Virus record (IMG/VR): IMGVR_UViG_3300046009_003661
Span: 1-45,160 of that record
Length of the DNA: 45,160 bases
Source: a virus
Lineage: Duplodnaviria; Caudoviricetes
Strand: one strand, 5' to 3'
The position numbers and the translations under genes are program-made. This document shows, piece after piece, positions 1 to 8,807 of the stretch (positions are counted from its first letter, which is position 1; each line of letters opens with the position of its first letter). The notes under the pieces were generated by a model. The model saw only the letters and a program-made list of their open reading frames with translations, had not been told where the DNA came from and searched no databases.

Positions 1-260
1 GGATTATCATTCAAATAGCCATCAGGTCCGGTTGGCAAATATCTACCAGATCGAAGCTGCGCGCCTCCTAATATTCCATATGATTCTACAATTTCATTAG
101 GATTACTAGATCCAGACTGATATGCTGTAAGTTGTACATTGGCAATTTTACCGACCATAAAATCTATGTCAGCAGTGCTTCGTGTTTTTCCAGAATTACC
201 TCGATAGTTTAATTCAACTTGTAAATTTGGATCTACTTCTGAATGAAATATAAAACTCAT
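1..260 (-). CDS. Partial gene (runs off the window start), probable baseplate/hub protein
   Basis: Not in the ORF track. ATG at 260 overlaps the TGA of the upstream gene (ATGA). The frame is open to position 1: MSFIFHSEVDPNLQVELNYRG...GYLNDN. Function is inferred only from position after the gp53-like gene. Confidence 0.65.
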   Translation of the reverse strand, partial: MSFIFHSEVDPNLQVELNYRGNSGKTRSTADIDFMVGKIANVQLTAYQSGSSNPNEIVESYGILGGAQLRSGRYLPTGPDGYLNDN

Positions 261-556
261 CTTAAACTGTTTGCGTTATTAATTATTTGTTGTAAATTGT
301 TCGTGCTTGGAATTCTTAATCTAGATTCAGTTGGTATTACTAAAGTTCCTTTACCAATACCATTAGCTGTCGCAATAACCCACCATTTTGATGGATCGCC
401 GTAAAATTTATCGGCAAGTTTATCTAAACGTTCTATGCTAGTTGTTACAATATAAACATCATCGGCGCCATATGGTATTACCGGAACAATTGTTGTTGTT
501 AAATATCTAGGACCATTTGACTTTTTTAATACTTGTGTGGTTGCATATCTACTCAT
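257..556 (-). CDS. Baseplate wedge protein, T4 gp53-like / LysM-like
   Basis: ERLDKLADKFYGDPSKWWVIATAN is the typical gp53/tail-X LysM-like motif. AAAAGGA RBS; lies downstream of the tape measure and tube-initiator genes. Confidence 0.8.
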   Translation of the reverse strand: MSRYATTQVLKKSNGPRYLTTTIVPVIPYGADDVYIVTTSIERLDKLADKFYGDPSKWWVIATANGIGKGTLVIPTESRLRIPSTNNLQQIINNANSLR

Positions 557-570
557 TAATTTCCTTTTAA

Positions 571-2436
571 TTATGCGTCTTTTTGTTTTACTATTGATCT
601 TATAAAATCGCCACGTTTCTGTCTTTCGTCTGGAATTGCATCAACATTGTCTAATGCATCACTTAACCAATTGTTATTACCGCGAATTGGAGTCCCACTA
701 CCTGACGCAAATTGTTTAGCCAATGTATAGAAACGGCCGCCTTTTTGTGGAAGATGATCAGATATCATTGTAAAACTACAACGCACTGTTACTTTGAATG
801 GTACTTCCATCATTGTAGGGTCATTTTCAATGTTTATTTCCCAACTAGTATCAGCATCATGCAGTGTGTAATCTAATGTTGTTAATAGAACAGGCTGTTG
901 CACAAATAAATCACCTACTGTTATTCGCATCCATGGAGCTTGCATTGCAATACTGTCAGGCAAATAAGTTGGGGCCGTGTAGCCGGCTAATGCATTTAGT
1001 TTTCTCCAAATTGGTTGTAATTCATCTCGATCGGTTGCATAAACTGTGAAATCTAAACTTACATCTCGATTAAATCCTGTATATTGATAGTTAGGATCTG
1101 CTCTGCCTATCATTGTTATTGGTGTCCAATTGCCTTGGAATGAATCTGACAATGAACCTAATGTAGCTCGAAACACAATGATATCATCAGTGGCTAAAGC
1201 ATTACCATTAACTAGTTTAGGTCCGGTCATATAAAATTTTATAAAATCTTGAGTAATTCCGGCCTTGTTTATGAGCTTGCCAATAATTGGGACTTGTGAG
1301 TCACCGAATACTGGGTTCCACTCGTATGCCTGTGATATAGTTCGTTTACTAAAATCAATGACACTAACACGGTCTCCACGAAATGGTGTTACTTTTTCTA
1401 CAATTTTTTTAGTTTTAATCCATTTGCCAGAAACATATGTTGATGTAGGAGGCTTAAAATTCCCAGAACCGAACGAATCTTGATATTTATCATTACTGAC
1501 AGTCGTCTCGCCAGGTAACCATTGTTTTGCTACATGGCTTCGTGCAGTAAAATCAGATCGTATTGCCCCAGCAGCATCATGAAATCCCCAACCATATTTA
1601 GTATTCAAATTGATTATTGAATATGCTCCCGCCGGCGTTAATGATGCTGCAGCATACGCAATTGCTATTCCACTACCACGTAATCCGGCACTAGCTCCAT
1701 CTAACCGTCTAGGTAATACTGCCGAGCCAACTGAATCTGCATTATATCTAGCACGGAAATCTGCATATGCAACTCCTGGTATTCTGCGTAATTGTCCTAG
1801 ATCTAATGTTGAATATGTTGCCGATAAACTGTTTTCAATGTCATCTGCGACTGCACTGGCAACTTGACTTATTTGCGGAATACCCATAGCTGATGCCATA
1901 CCTAATCCAACTGTACTTAAAAGTTTTGCAGCTGAACCGCGGAAATTTATATTGGTACTAGATGATTGTGGTGCCTTCCAATTTGCGACCGCACTACCAG
2001 TAGATATTAACGACAGATTGGCAAATTGTGGCGCAGCCCAATTTGCGGCTTGACCAGCATTAGGCATAAAAGTATATTCAGCTGCTGGAATATTATCACC
2101 TGGACCAAACCATCCGGTGGGTGGAACAATTGCATCTGCTGGATTATTATAAACGATACCTGGCTTCGAATCCGGTATATCGAATGGTGCATTAAATTGT
2201 GGATTAGGTTTAGATGTTGGATTCTTATACCGATAACTTTCATCTGGAAGTATATTGAATGGTGCATTAAATTGTGTACCTGCAGTTGACGGATTTATAT
2301 AAATAGTATCTGGAAGTATATTGAATGGTGCATTAAATTGTGTACCTACAGTTGATGGATTTAGATAAATTTTATCTGGAAGTATATTGAATGGTGTGAT
2401 GAATTGTGTGCCTGCCATTAATGTTGGGTTACTCAT
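571..2436 (-). CDS. Baseplate tail-tube initiator (gp48/gp54-like C-terminal domain) with N-terminal repeats
   Basis: The C-terminal FRATLGSLSDSF..W....IGRADP.YQY.GFNRDVSLDF...APWMRITVGD...SWEI...P is a tube-like initiator pattern. Sits between tape measure and gp53-like genes; AAGGA RBS. Confidence 0.65.
   Translation of the reverse strand: MSNPTLMAGTQFITPFNILPDKIYLNPSTVGTQFNAPFNILPDTIYINPSTAGTQFNAPFNILPDESYRYKNPTSKPNPQFNAPFDIPDSKPGIVYNNPADAIVPPTGWFGPGDNIPAAEYTFMPNAGQAANWAAPQFANLSLISTGSAVANWKAPQSSSTNINFRGSAAKLLSTVGLGMASAMGIPQISQVASAVADDIENSLSATYSTLDLGQLRRIPGVAYADFRARYNADSVGSAVLPRRLDGASAGLRGSGIAIAYAAASLTPAGAYSIINLNTKYGWGFHDAAGAIRSDFTARSHVAKQWLPGETTVSNDKYQDSFGSGNFKPPTSTYVSGKWIKTKKIVEKVTPFRGDRVSVIDFSKRTISQAYEWNPVFGDSQVPIIGKLINKAGITQDFIKFYMTGPKLVNGNALATDDIIVFRATLGSLSDSFQGNWTPITMIGRADPNYQYTGFNRDVSLDFTVYATDRDELQPIWRKLNALAGYTAPTYLPDSIAMQAPWMRITVGDLFVQQPVLLTTLDYTLHDADTSWEINIENDPTMMEVPFKVTVRCSFTMISDHLPQKGGRFYTLAKQFASGSGTPIRGNNNWLSDALDNVDAIPDERQKRGDFIRSIVKQKDA
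2176..2417. repeat. 66-bp coding tandem repeat (3 copies plus a degenerate fourth)
   Basis: ATCTGGAAGTATATTGAATGGTG recurs at 2242, 2308 and 2374 (period 66). It encodes a 22-aa unit, GTQFNAPFNILPD.IY.NPST. Confidence 0.9.
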
Positions 2437-2444
2437 ATTGTTCC

Positions 2445-4250
2445 TTAACTAAAATAAGATGTATTCATGCCCTCACCAAAACTAGATCCTTGTTTTAATG
2501 CTCGTGTTTGTTGTTGTATTGCTGTTACAATTGCGGTGGCCATTTGCATGATATCTGCATTGCCCGATGATTGTGTTGATCTATTAGATGTATCCGTCAT
2601 CGCAAACACAGTATCTTTATTATTTAATGCAATGTCGGGTTGTAATGTATCTTCTGGAAATGTTAATACTCGTGCGCCATACCCAGCTGGTGATATTAAA
2701 TCATCTGCCCCAGTCATTGCGCCGACCCCTTGTGGCTCAGTCTTCATTTTAGCTGACCCTTCTCGAGAAGTTACTACAGCTTTAACTCCATCTACTTTAT
2801 CAATTACATCTTTAGCTAAAAAAGTATATCCCAAGGATTCTAAACCTGCTGCTGATGCTTTTAAAAAAACACTATCTTTTTCTCGGTTCTTTGATTCTGT
2901 TTGCATGGCTTCTCGCAATTTAGATATTACATCAAATTGAGTTTTATTTGCTGTGCTAGCTACCATTTGCAATATTAATTGATCTTGCAAAACTTGTAAC
3001 TGTTGCGCGGCTATTTCATTGGTAGTTCGAGTATCATGTTCGTCAGATTTCATTATTTTAGCAATATCTTCTGATTTAGCATTTACAGCTTTTAAAGCGC
3101 TCATTAGATCGTCGCCAACTAAAGTGAAATTAATCCCTTCCATTCCAGCTTCTTCTAAAAGTTTCTTTTTCTGTAATGCTCTAGATAATGTAGCCTCGTC
3201 TGTTCCTAGCAACTCAGTCATTTGACGTCTAGCAATTAAATTGGTACTTAAAACATCGCCTTCTTGTTCTAGTATAGTCTTCAATATATCAGCTTGATCT
3301 GATGCTTTCCCTGCAATAGTTGCTTGACGATATGCATCTGTCAAACTCTTGCCTCGCAAATTTGCTTGAGCTTTTTCATTTCCTACTAATCGACGTCCAC
3401 TTATAAGTTGATATTCTAACTCTTGTCCAATGCTTGATTCAATATTTAAAAGGGTATCACCTGTTTTAGCCATTTGTGCTAATGAAAATCCTAGTTGTTT
3501 AGCTTTAAGTGATGCAACCTCGAGCTCGCCTGGTATGCGACCAAATTGTAATTGAACATCTGCAGTAGTTTGTGCAATGTCGGATACAATTGAATTAAAG
3601 ACTCCAACCGTACCCTTAGGATCTAATGCTTTGGCAATTTTATCTGCTACTTGTATTTGAGTAGCTGCATTCTTGCCTGTTTGAGTAGCGTATGATGAAT
3701 ATGAATTTGCTAATTCGTCTGTCAATCCTAACTGTGTTTGTAATACATATTGAGTAGCAATTAATCCTTGATATGTTGCGTCATTTTCTTTGTCTAATTG
3801 ATTAACCGTTGGTATTAACTTGTGTATCGAGCTAGCATATTGATTTGTTTGATCGTTCGTAATGCCTAGATTTTTACCTACTTTAGAAAAACTATCAGAT
3901 AGTTTTGCAGTTGCGATACTATTAATGCCAAATGATTTATTTATGGCTAAATTTCGAATTTCTAAAATAGACATCGACTTGTTTATAGCATTAATTCCGT
4001 TTGCTAAATATTCATTGAATTGAATTACTTTATCTAGTCCCCGAGATACTTGACCAACAACCGTAGTAGTTGTAGTCATACTATTTACAACATCTTCCAT
4101 TGCTTTAGCTGCGTCGATACCAAGCTTAGTTATATTGGCTAAATCGGCAGCTGCTTTTCTTAAATCATCCATGGACGGTAAGCTAGTACCATGCCTAGGT
4201 TGTCGTTTTAATCTATTTATAATATGTGAGGTATTATGCTGCATATACAT
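2445..4250 (-). CDS. Tape measure protein
   Basis: Ala/Gln/Leu-rich helical protein following the tube and chaperone genes. Contains LLNIESSIGQELEYQLISGR, a pattern I recognise from tape measure proteins of this phage type. Confidence 0.7.
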   Translation of the reverse strand: MYMQHNTSHIINRLKRQPRHGTSLPSMDDLRKAAADLANITKLGIDAAKAMEDVVNSMTTTTTVVGQVSRGLDKVIQFNEYLANGINAINKSMSILEIRNLAINKSFGINSIATAKLSDSFSKVGKNLGITNDQTNQYASSIHKLIPTVNQLDKENDATYQGLIATQYVLQTQLGLTDELANSYSSYATQTGKNAATQIQVADKIAKALDPKGTVGVFNSIVSDIAQTTADVQLQFGRIPGELEVASLKAKQLGFSLAQMAKTGDTLLNIESSIGQELEYQLISGRRLVGNEKAQANLRGKSLTDAYRQATIAGKASDQADILKTILEQEGDVLSTNLIARRQMTELLGTDEATLSRALQKKKLLEEAGMEGINFTLVGDDLMSALKAVNAKSEDIAKIMKSDEHDTRTTNEIAAQQLQVLQDQLILQMVASTANKTQFDVISKLREAMQTESKNREKDSVFLKASAAGLESLGYTFLAKDVIDKVDGVKAVVTSREGSAKMKTEPQGVGAMTGADDLISPAGYGARVLTFPEDTLQPDIALNNKDTVFAMTDTSNRSTQSSGNADIMQMATAIVTAIQQQTRALKQGSSFGEGMNTSYFS

Positions 4251-4260
4251 TTCAATTTAT

Positions 4261-4269
4261 TATAAATAT
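4261..4269 (-). promoter_or_regulatory. Putative late promoter ATATTTATA (tape measure)
   Basis: Exact motif 10 nt upstream of the ATG; overlaps the upstream TAA. Confidence 0.65.
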
Positions 4270-4487
4270 TAACGTGTGGGTTTTCTGGTTTTTCTGCGTT
4301 CTTCAATTTCTTGTTTGATGCGTTCTTCCTCATCTTCCCGGTCGCGGTGCATTTTATTGATTTTACTTATATAAAATTTACGCAAAAATATTGGCATTGT
4401 GTAAATGGTGTCCCAGTCCCATCGACCGTCACCCCACCAAATTAGGTTGAATATTGATTCGTGTAGTTGTACTCGGTCTTCTGGTTT
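4269..4487 (-). CDS. Tail assembly chaperone C-terminal extension (gp51/GT-like), probably reached by frameshift
   Basis: Overlaps the 3' end of the upstream gene in the +1 frame and has no convincing start of its own (track uses TTG at 4559). LHESIFNLIWWGDGRWDWDTIYTMPIFLRKFY is gp51/T-like. Confidence 0.65.
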   Translation of the reverse strand, partial: KPEDRVQLHESIFNLIWWGDGRWDWDTIYTMPIFLRKFYISKINKMHRDREDEEERIKQEIEERRKTRKPTR

Positions 4488-5247
4488 AAAACCAAAAAAG
4501 GTCTGTTCCAATTGGAAATGTTGATTGGAAGACGTCTCCTGTTTCGTCTTCAAACTCATACGAAGTAATTAAGCCAGGTACATTTTTTATTACATGAGTT
4601 CGAAATGGTTTTGCATCGCGTGATAAAAAATCATAGCGTATAAACTCTTCAATCTCTGCTGATGATCTAGTGTCATTAACCTGTGTAATTATTCGGCTCA
4701 ATAGTTCTGATACTGTGATATCAGCTGCTACATCATATGCTAGGTATGAATATTTTATGGTTGTTTGATCTGATACTTGGTATATAATTTCGCCTTCGGT
4801 GTCAGATTGCCAATCAATGTCTTTGTATTTTAACTGATCTAATTTAACAACACGCTCTAGTTGTTTGCCAGTTTTTGGCGATTGAACTAGTACTGGATAA
4901 TCAGCTCCATATGCTAATATTCGAGCTTGAATAATCAATGCATCTTTATCACAAGGTGCAATCTCACTTACAGCTACCGGAGTAACAATTAATGCTTCAA
5001 GCAATTTGTCAAACAATATTTGTTCGCGAATATATGATGTATTTGTTAGTATGTCCTCATCATATGCCGTCATGTGACGCATTTCAATTGTTCCACCACT
5101 TAATGGATGTGTAGTTGGATAAACACGACCTTTACTAACAAGTTGTACAACTACTGATGGTAATTTGCTTTTTTGCTTGTTTTCGTATTGTTGGCGAGCT
5201 AGATTGATTATGTCTTGGTTGCCGATTCTGTCTGTTACTTTTGTCAT
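4486..5247 (-). CDS. Baseplate hub assembly / tail assembly chaperone (T4 gp26-like)
   Basis: V.L.SKG.VY...IEMRHMTAYDEDILT...DKDALIIQARILAYG..Y, ending ..DLFWF. Located between tube and tape measure genes; AAAGGA RBS. Confidence 0.75.
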   Translation of the reverse strand: MTKVTDRIGNQDIINLARQQYENKQKSKLPSVVVQLVSKGRVYPTTHPLSGGTIEMRHMTAYDEDILTNTSYIREQILFDKLLEALIVTPVAVSEIAPCDKDALIIQARILAYGADYPVLVQSPKTGKQLERVVKLDQLKYKDIDWQSDTEGEIIYQVSDQTTIKYSYLAYDVAADITVSELLSRIITQVNDTRSSAEIEEFIRYDFLSRDAKPFRTHVIKNVPGLITSYEFEDETGDVFQSTFPIGTDLFWF

Positions 5248-5271
5248 TTGGTTCCTTTATAACTTATTTAA

Positions 5272-5280
5272 TATAAATAT
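5272..5280 (-). promoter_or_regulatory. Putative late promoter ATATTTATA (chaperone)
   Basis: Exact motif, 9 nt after a terminator T-tract. Confidence 0.7.
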
Positions 5281-5289
5281 ACGAACAGT

Positions 5290-5313
5290 AAAAAAAGGGG
5301 CCGGAAAGCCCCT
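5290..5313 (-). terminator. Rho-independent terminator after the tail tube gene
   Basis: Minus strand AGGGGC-TTTCCG-GCCCCT followed by a T-tract. Confidence 0.85.
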
Positions 5314-5332
5314 ATTATACAGTGTTTAATGA

Positions 5333-5854
5333 TTAGAAGTTTAAGAATGCCCAATCGTAACGAAGTGTCATTTCAATGTTGACAACTTCTTCGCTACCCC
5401 AATCCAAAGATCCAAAGTTTGATTCTGTGATGAAAGCTCCATTCAAGATCCATTCTTCAATAACCTCGCCTAATGGAGATAATTGATGAATAACAACTCG
5501 TTTTTTATAGAAAGATGAATATCCGTCGCGACCTGTAGCTGATTCGTGGTGTAAACGAACCCATTCCATTACTGCTTGTGCTCCTGATGGTACAATTGCA
5601 TCATACAATGTTACTCCGATAGTGTTCCATTGAGTTTTACCTTTAACGTAGCGTTTAACGTTGATATGATCTAATGCAATTTCTCCATTTGTCATTGATG
5701 GCTTTGCAGTTGTTTTAATTAAATAGGCTGGGATATTATCAATATACATGATAAATTGATGAGCTTTTTTTGGTTCCCATGAATACGCCGTTAAGAATAT
5801 TTCATTATCACTTGCAAGACCTAGGCCCGTGTTTACTTGATCAATTAATGCCAT
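5333..5854 (-). CDS. Tail tube protein (T4 gp19-like)
   Basis: WEPKKAHQFIMYID...KP...YVKGKTQWNTIGVTLYDAI..SGAQAVMEW...EEWILNGAF..SNFGSLDW...LRYD. Directly follows the sheath gene. Confidence 0.9.
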   Translation of the reverse strand: MALIDQVNTGLGLASDNEIFLTAYSWEPKKAHQFIMYIDNIPAYLIKTTAKPSMTNGEIALDHINVKRYVKGKTQWNTIGVTLYDAIVPSGAQAVMEWVRLHHESATGRDGYSSFYKKRVVIHQLSPLGEVIEEWILNGAFITESNFGSLDWGSEEVVNIEMTLRYDWAFLNF

Positions 5855-5876
5855 TTTATATAATCCTTATGTTTAA

Positions 5877-5885
5877 TATAAATAT
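5877..5885 (-). promoter_or_regulatory. Putative late promoter ATATTTATA (tube)
   Basis: Exact motif, 9 nt after a terminator T-tract. Confidence 0.7.
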
Positions 5886-5894
5886 CAGCAAAGT

Positions 5895-5921
5895 AAAAAA
5901 GGTAGAACCTAAGTCCTACCC
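5895..5921 (-). terminator. Rho-independent terminator after the sheath gene
   Basis: Minus strand GGTAGGAC-TTAG-GTTCTACC followed by TTTTTT. Confidence 0.85.
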
Positions 5922-5943
5922 TTTATTTTTATAATTTTACATG

Positions 5944-8421
5944 TTATTCTGGAAAGCTTGCTCCCGTTGGTTGAATATTGAAATCTAAGATTATGAACTC
6001 AGCCGTACGAGTCGGTTGCAAAAATAATTGACCGTATAAAATATTTTGATCAATTACATCAGCCGTGTTATTTGATCCGTCCATTACAACACGGAATGCT
6101 GATAATCCTTGTTGTGCTTTTACTTGTTCCAAATAAGGATTAACGATTGCTAAGAAACGATTGCGAGTTGCTGTGGTATTTTGTTCGAATACTAAATACT
6201 TGGTTGCAGATGCAATATATTTTTTAACTTCAATTAACGCTCTACGCACACTTACGCGGTCTAATGCACTTGGTCTTGCTTGTAAGGTCTTTTGCCCCCA
6301 AACTGCAATTCCTTCATTAGGGAAGTTTGCAATAGGATTAATACGAGCTGAATACAATGCATCACGCATAGTTTGTGATAAACTCACATATGTGTCAGTT
6401 GCTGATGTAATTCCTCCACGTGTCAATCCTGCAGGAGCATACCATGGTGCACCAACTGCATCATTGAATGCTATTACTCCAGGCATAACCACAGATGGTG
6501 GAACCCATACCGGAACATTCTTATCGTTTTTAACACGTACCCAAGGCCAATATGCTGCTGTATAATTGCTATCCAATGTTGTTAATTGATTAGTAACGTT
6601 TGTCAATGGATCAGTTAGTGCATTTGAATCCATTATATAAAATGTGTCTTGACGAGTTTCACACAAGTTTCTTGCCGCAGTTGTTACTGGACTATGCAAA
6701 CTATCAATAATACCAGGAGTGATCAACATGTTGATATCATAATAATCTGAGTTGCTTAACAATGCAAATGCTTTATTATATGCAATTGTACCAGTGTTAG
6801 TTGTTCCGTCGCAATCAAATCCAAATGTATTTGTTTCAGAAATCCATTTACCAGAATATTTTGGTAAGTTTGGACGAGCTCCATCAAATCCTCCTTGGAA
6901 ACCAACAATGAATTTACGTGTAGTAAATGCAATATCGGTTGCAAATGAACCAGAAACTAGAGCTGATTCCAATGAACCTGAATATGCTGCTGTTGATGAT
7001 GGGAATGCAGCTGCTGCATCTTGATTTACATTTCCTAGATAGAAATCTACATTGCTTCCTGTGTTTGAACCAGATGTTGGTAAAGGAGCTAGGTAATTCA
7101 AGTTGTTGATGTTTGTGAAATCAAACCCAACATAGTTTCTAGGACTATATGTTGTTACTACTTGAGATGTTAAATAAGAAGTAGCCGTTAAATTCAATGA
7201 CCCTGATGCCGTTGGAATTGGCGAATTCATTGCACGGAATCCAAATGGTGCTAATGTGTTGCTGTTTGAACGATTGCTTACACTTGAATCAACTTCAACA
7301 CGAATAAATTTAGAAAGATTTGGATAATCTCCATTAACTAGAATATCACCAGCATCTGTTACTGTTTGATAACGATCACCGATTACTAAGGCAATGTATC
7401 TAGAAGATTGTGGATCTAAATTAACATTAGTAAATACTTCAACTAAATCCGGATTGGCATCTGTATCTTGAGATGAATATGGAGTGTTTGCAATATTTGT
7501 TGTGTTAACTCGACGAACCTCAACTGTAAATGTTGCATATCCTGCAGGATCTGATATTTCTGGAGATGTTCTAATATCTCGGATACCTACTTTGACTTCC
7601 GTGTTAACTGATGTTCCGTGTGATATTGTGTGAAATTTAAACAAGTTTTTAACAGCTGTTCCAATTTTCTGTGATGTGATCCATGGAGTTGCTGCTGATG
7701 CATAATCCGTTAAAAATTCATAGTTACTGAATTTAAACAATTCCATGGTTACTTGTCCTAGGTTTGCAAACAAACTGCTGGCAGTTTTATTTTCATATTG
7801 AACATAAACCGGATAATCATTTGATTTAGGACTTGCTCCAAATACTTTGTTGATGTATTTGTTGCTTGTGCTAACAATAGAACCAGAGATTGCTGTAGCT
7901 TCTGCAACTAAAAATGCTCCACTAAATCCAATTGCATCATTTTGTGGTGCTGTAAAAGAACCGGACACCTTGATTGCAAATGAACCAGAACCGGCGTCAG
8001 TTAATACGGAATCTTCAAACAATGCATTTGTATAAATGTCATTTAATGGTAATGTTGCTTGTGTTGGGTGTAGCACATGAGTTACTACTTGAACTGCACT
8101 AGCTCCAGAACCAGACTTAGCAATGATTGCTAGTCCACCATTTGTTAGTTTGTAACCATCTTCATATAAAAGACGTGTTACTGTGATTGAATTCCCATTA
8201 CGCAAATAATCACGCACAACGAACGGTACATATGTGTCATCTGAATAAGATCCAAATGTTGCAACATAATCGCTGTATGATGAAATTTTTGTAGGAATAA
8301 GTGCTGGACCTTTTACTGTTGGTCCAACGATTGCTGCTCCTATTTGAGCAACGGCTCCTGGTAAAAACGATTGATCTACTTCGTTCGTAAATACACCGGG
8401 CGAAACTATTCTTTCTGCCAT
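5944..8421 (-). CDS. Tail sheath protein (T4 gp18-like)
   Basis: N-terminal SPGVFTNEVD and C-terminal YWPW...PPS...WYAPAG..RG...INPI.....G..VWGQKTL...SALDRVSVRR...FEQN...QPTRTAEFI. Confidence 0.95.
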   Translation of the reverse strand: MAERIVSPGVFTNEVDQSFLPGAVAQIGAAIVGPTVKGPALIPTKISSYSDYVATFGSYSDDTYVPFVVRDYLRNGNSITVTRLLYEDGYKLTNGGLAIIAKSGSGASAVQVVTHVLHPTQATLPLNDIYTNALFEDSVLTDAGSGSFAIKVSGSFTAPQNDAIGFSGAFLVAEATAISGSIVSTSNKYINKVFGASPKSNDYPVYVQYENKTASSLFANLGQVTMELFKFSNYEFLTDYASAATPWITSQKIGTAVKNLFKFHTISHGTSVNTEVKVGIRDIRTSPEISDPAGYATFTVEVRRVNTTNIANTPYSSQDTDANPDLVEVFTNVNLDPQSSRYIALVIGDRYQTVTDAGDILVNGDYPNLSKFIRVEVDSSVSNRSNSNTLAPFGFRAMNSPIPTASGSLNLTATSYLTSQVVTTYSPRNYVGFDFTNINNLNYLAPLPTSGSNTGSNVDFYLGNVNQDAAAAFPSSTAAYSGSLESALVSGSFATDIAFTTRKFIVGFQGGFDGARPNLPKYSGKWISETNTFGFDCDGTTNTGTIAYNKAFALLSNSDYYDINMLITPGIIDSLHSPVTTAARNLCETRQDTFYIMDSNALTDPLTNVTNQLTTLDSNYTAAYWPWVRVKNDKNVPVWVPPSVVMPGVIAFNDAVGAPWYAPAGLTRGGITSATDTYVSLSQTMRDALYSARINPIANFPNEGIAVWGQKTLQARPSALDRVSVRRALIEVKKYIASATKYLVFEQNTTATRNRFLAIVNPYLEQVKAQQGLSAFRVVMDGSNNTADVIDQNILYGQLFLQPTRTAEFIILDFNIQPTGASFPE

Positions 8422-8448
8422 TTAATATACTCCTTTGATTGATTTATT

Positions 8449-8457
8449 TATAAATAT
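8449..8457 (-). promoter_or_regulatory. Putative late promoter ATATTTATA (sheath)
   Basis: Exact intergenic motif upstream of AAAGGAG. Confidence 0.7.
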
Positions 8458-8476
8458 GATTGGCTTTGTTCAAACC

Positions 8477-8746
8477 TTATTCGGCTGGAGTAAATGTGCC
8501 AGCTTCTACATTGATTTCGCCTTCGCCGTAAGCTGTTTTTAATGATTCAAACATGGCGGCTTCTTGTTGAATTAATTGATCTAATTCAGTGACAAAATGA
8601 TTGCGTGTTTGTTGAAGTTCTGCTAATTGTCGTTGAAGTCGAATTTCTTCAATTGAAATATATCCTAGATCCGATGCATTTTTTGCAAATGCGGCTCGCA
8701 GTGATTGAATTGATTCAATGTGTTGTTTGTCTAATTTTTTTGTCAT
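8477..8746 (-). CDS. Small coiled-coil hypothetical protein
   Basis: 89 aa, heptad-rich, ends YGEGEINVEAGTF. Has its own TTTG-N19-TATATT promoter-like site. Confidence 0.7.
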   Translation of the reverse strand: MTKKLDKQHIESIQSLRAAFAKNASDLGYISIEEIRLQRQLAELQQTRNHFVTELDQLIQQEAAMFESLKTAYGEGEINVEAGTFTPAE

Positions 8747-8763
8747 ACGTAACCTTTCTATTT

Positions 8764-8792
8764 AATATAATGAATTTTATTGATGTTTCAAA
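8764..8792 (-). promoter_or_regulatory. Putative host-sigma-type (early/middle) promoter TTTG-N19-TATATT
   Basis: Intergenic. The same architecture occurs at 23929, 41763 and 41914 and resembles the Bacteroidota -33/-7 promoter. Confidence 0.55.
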
Positions 8793-8807
8793 AGTTAATG
8801 TGTGGTA

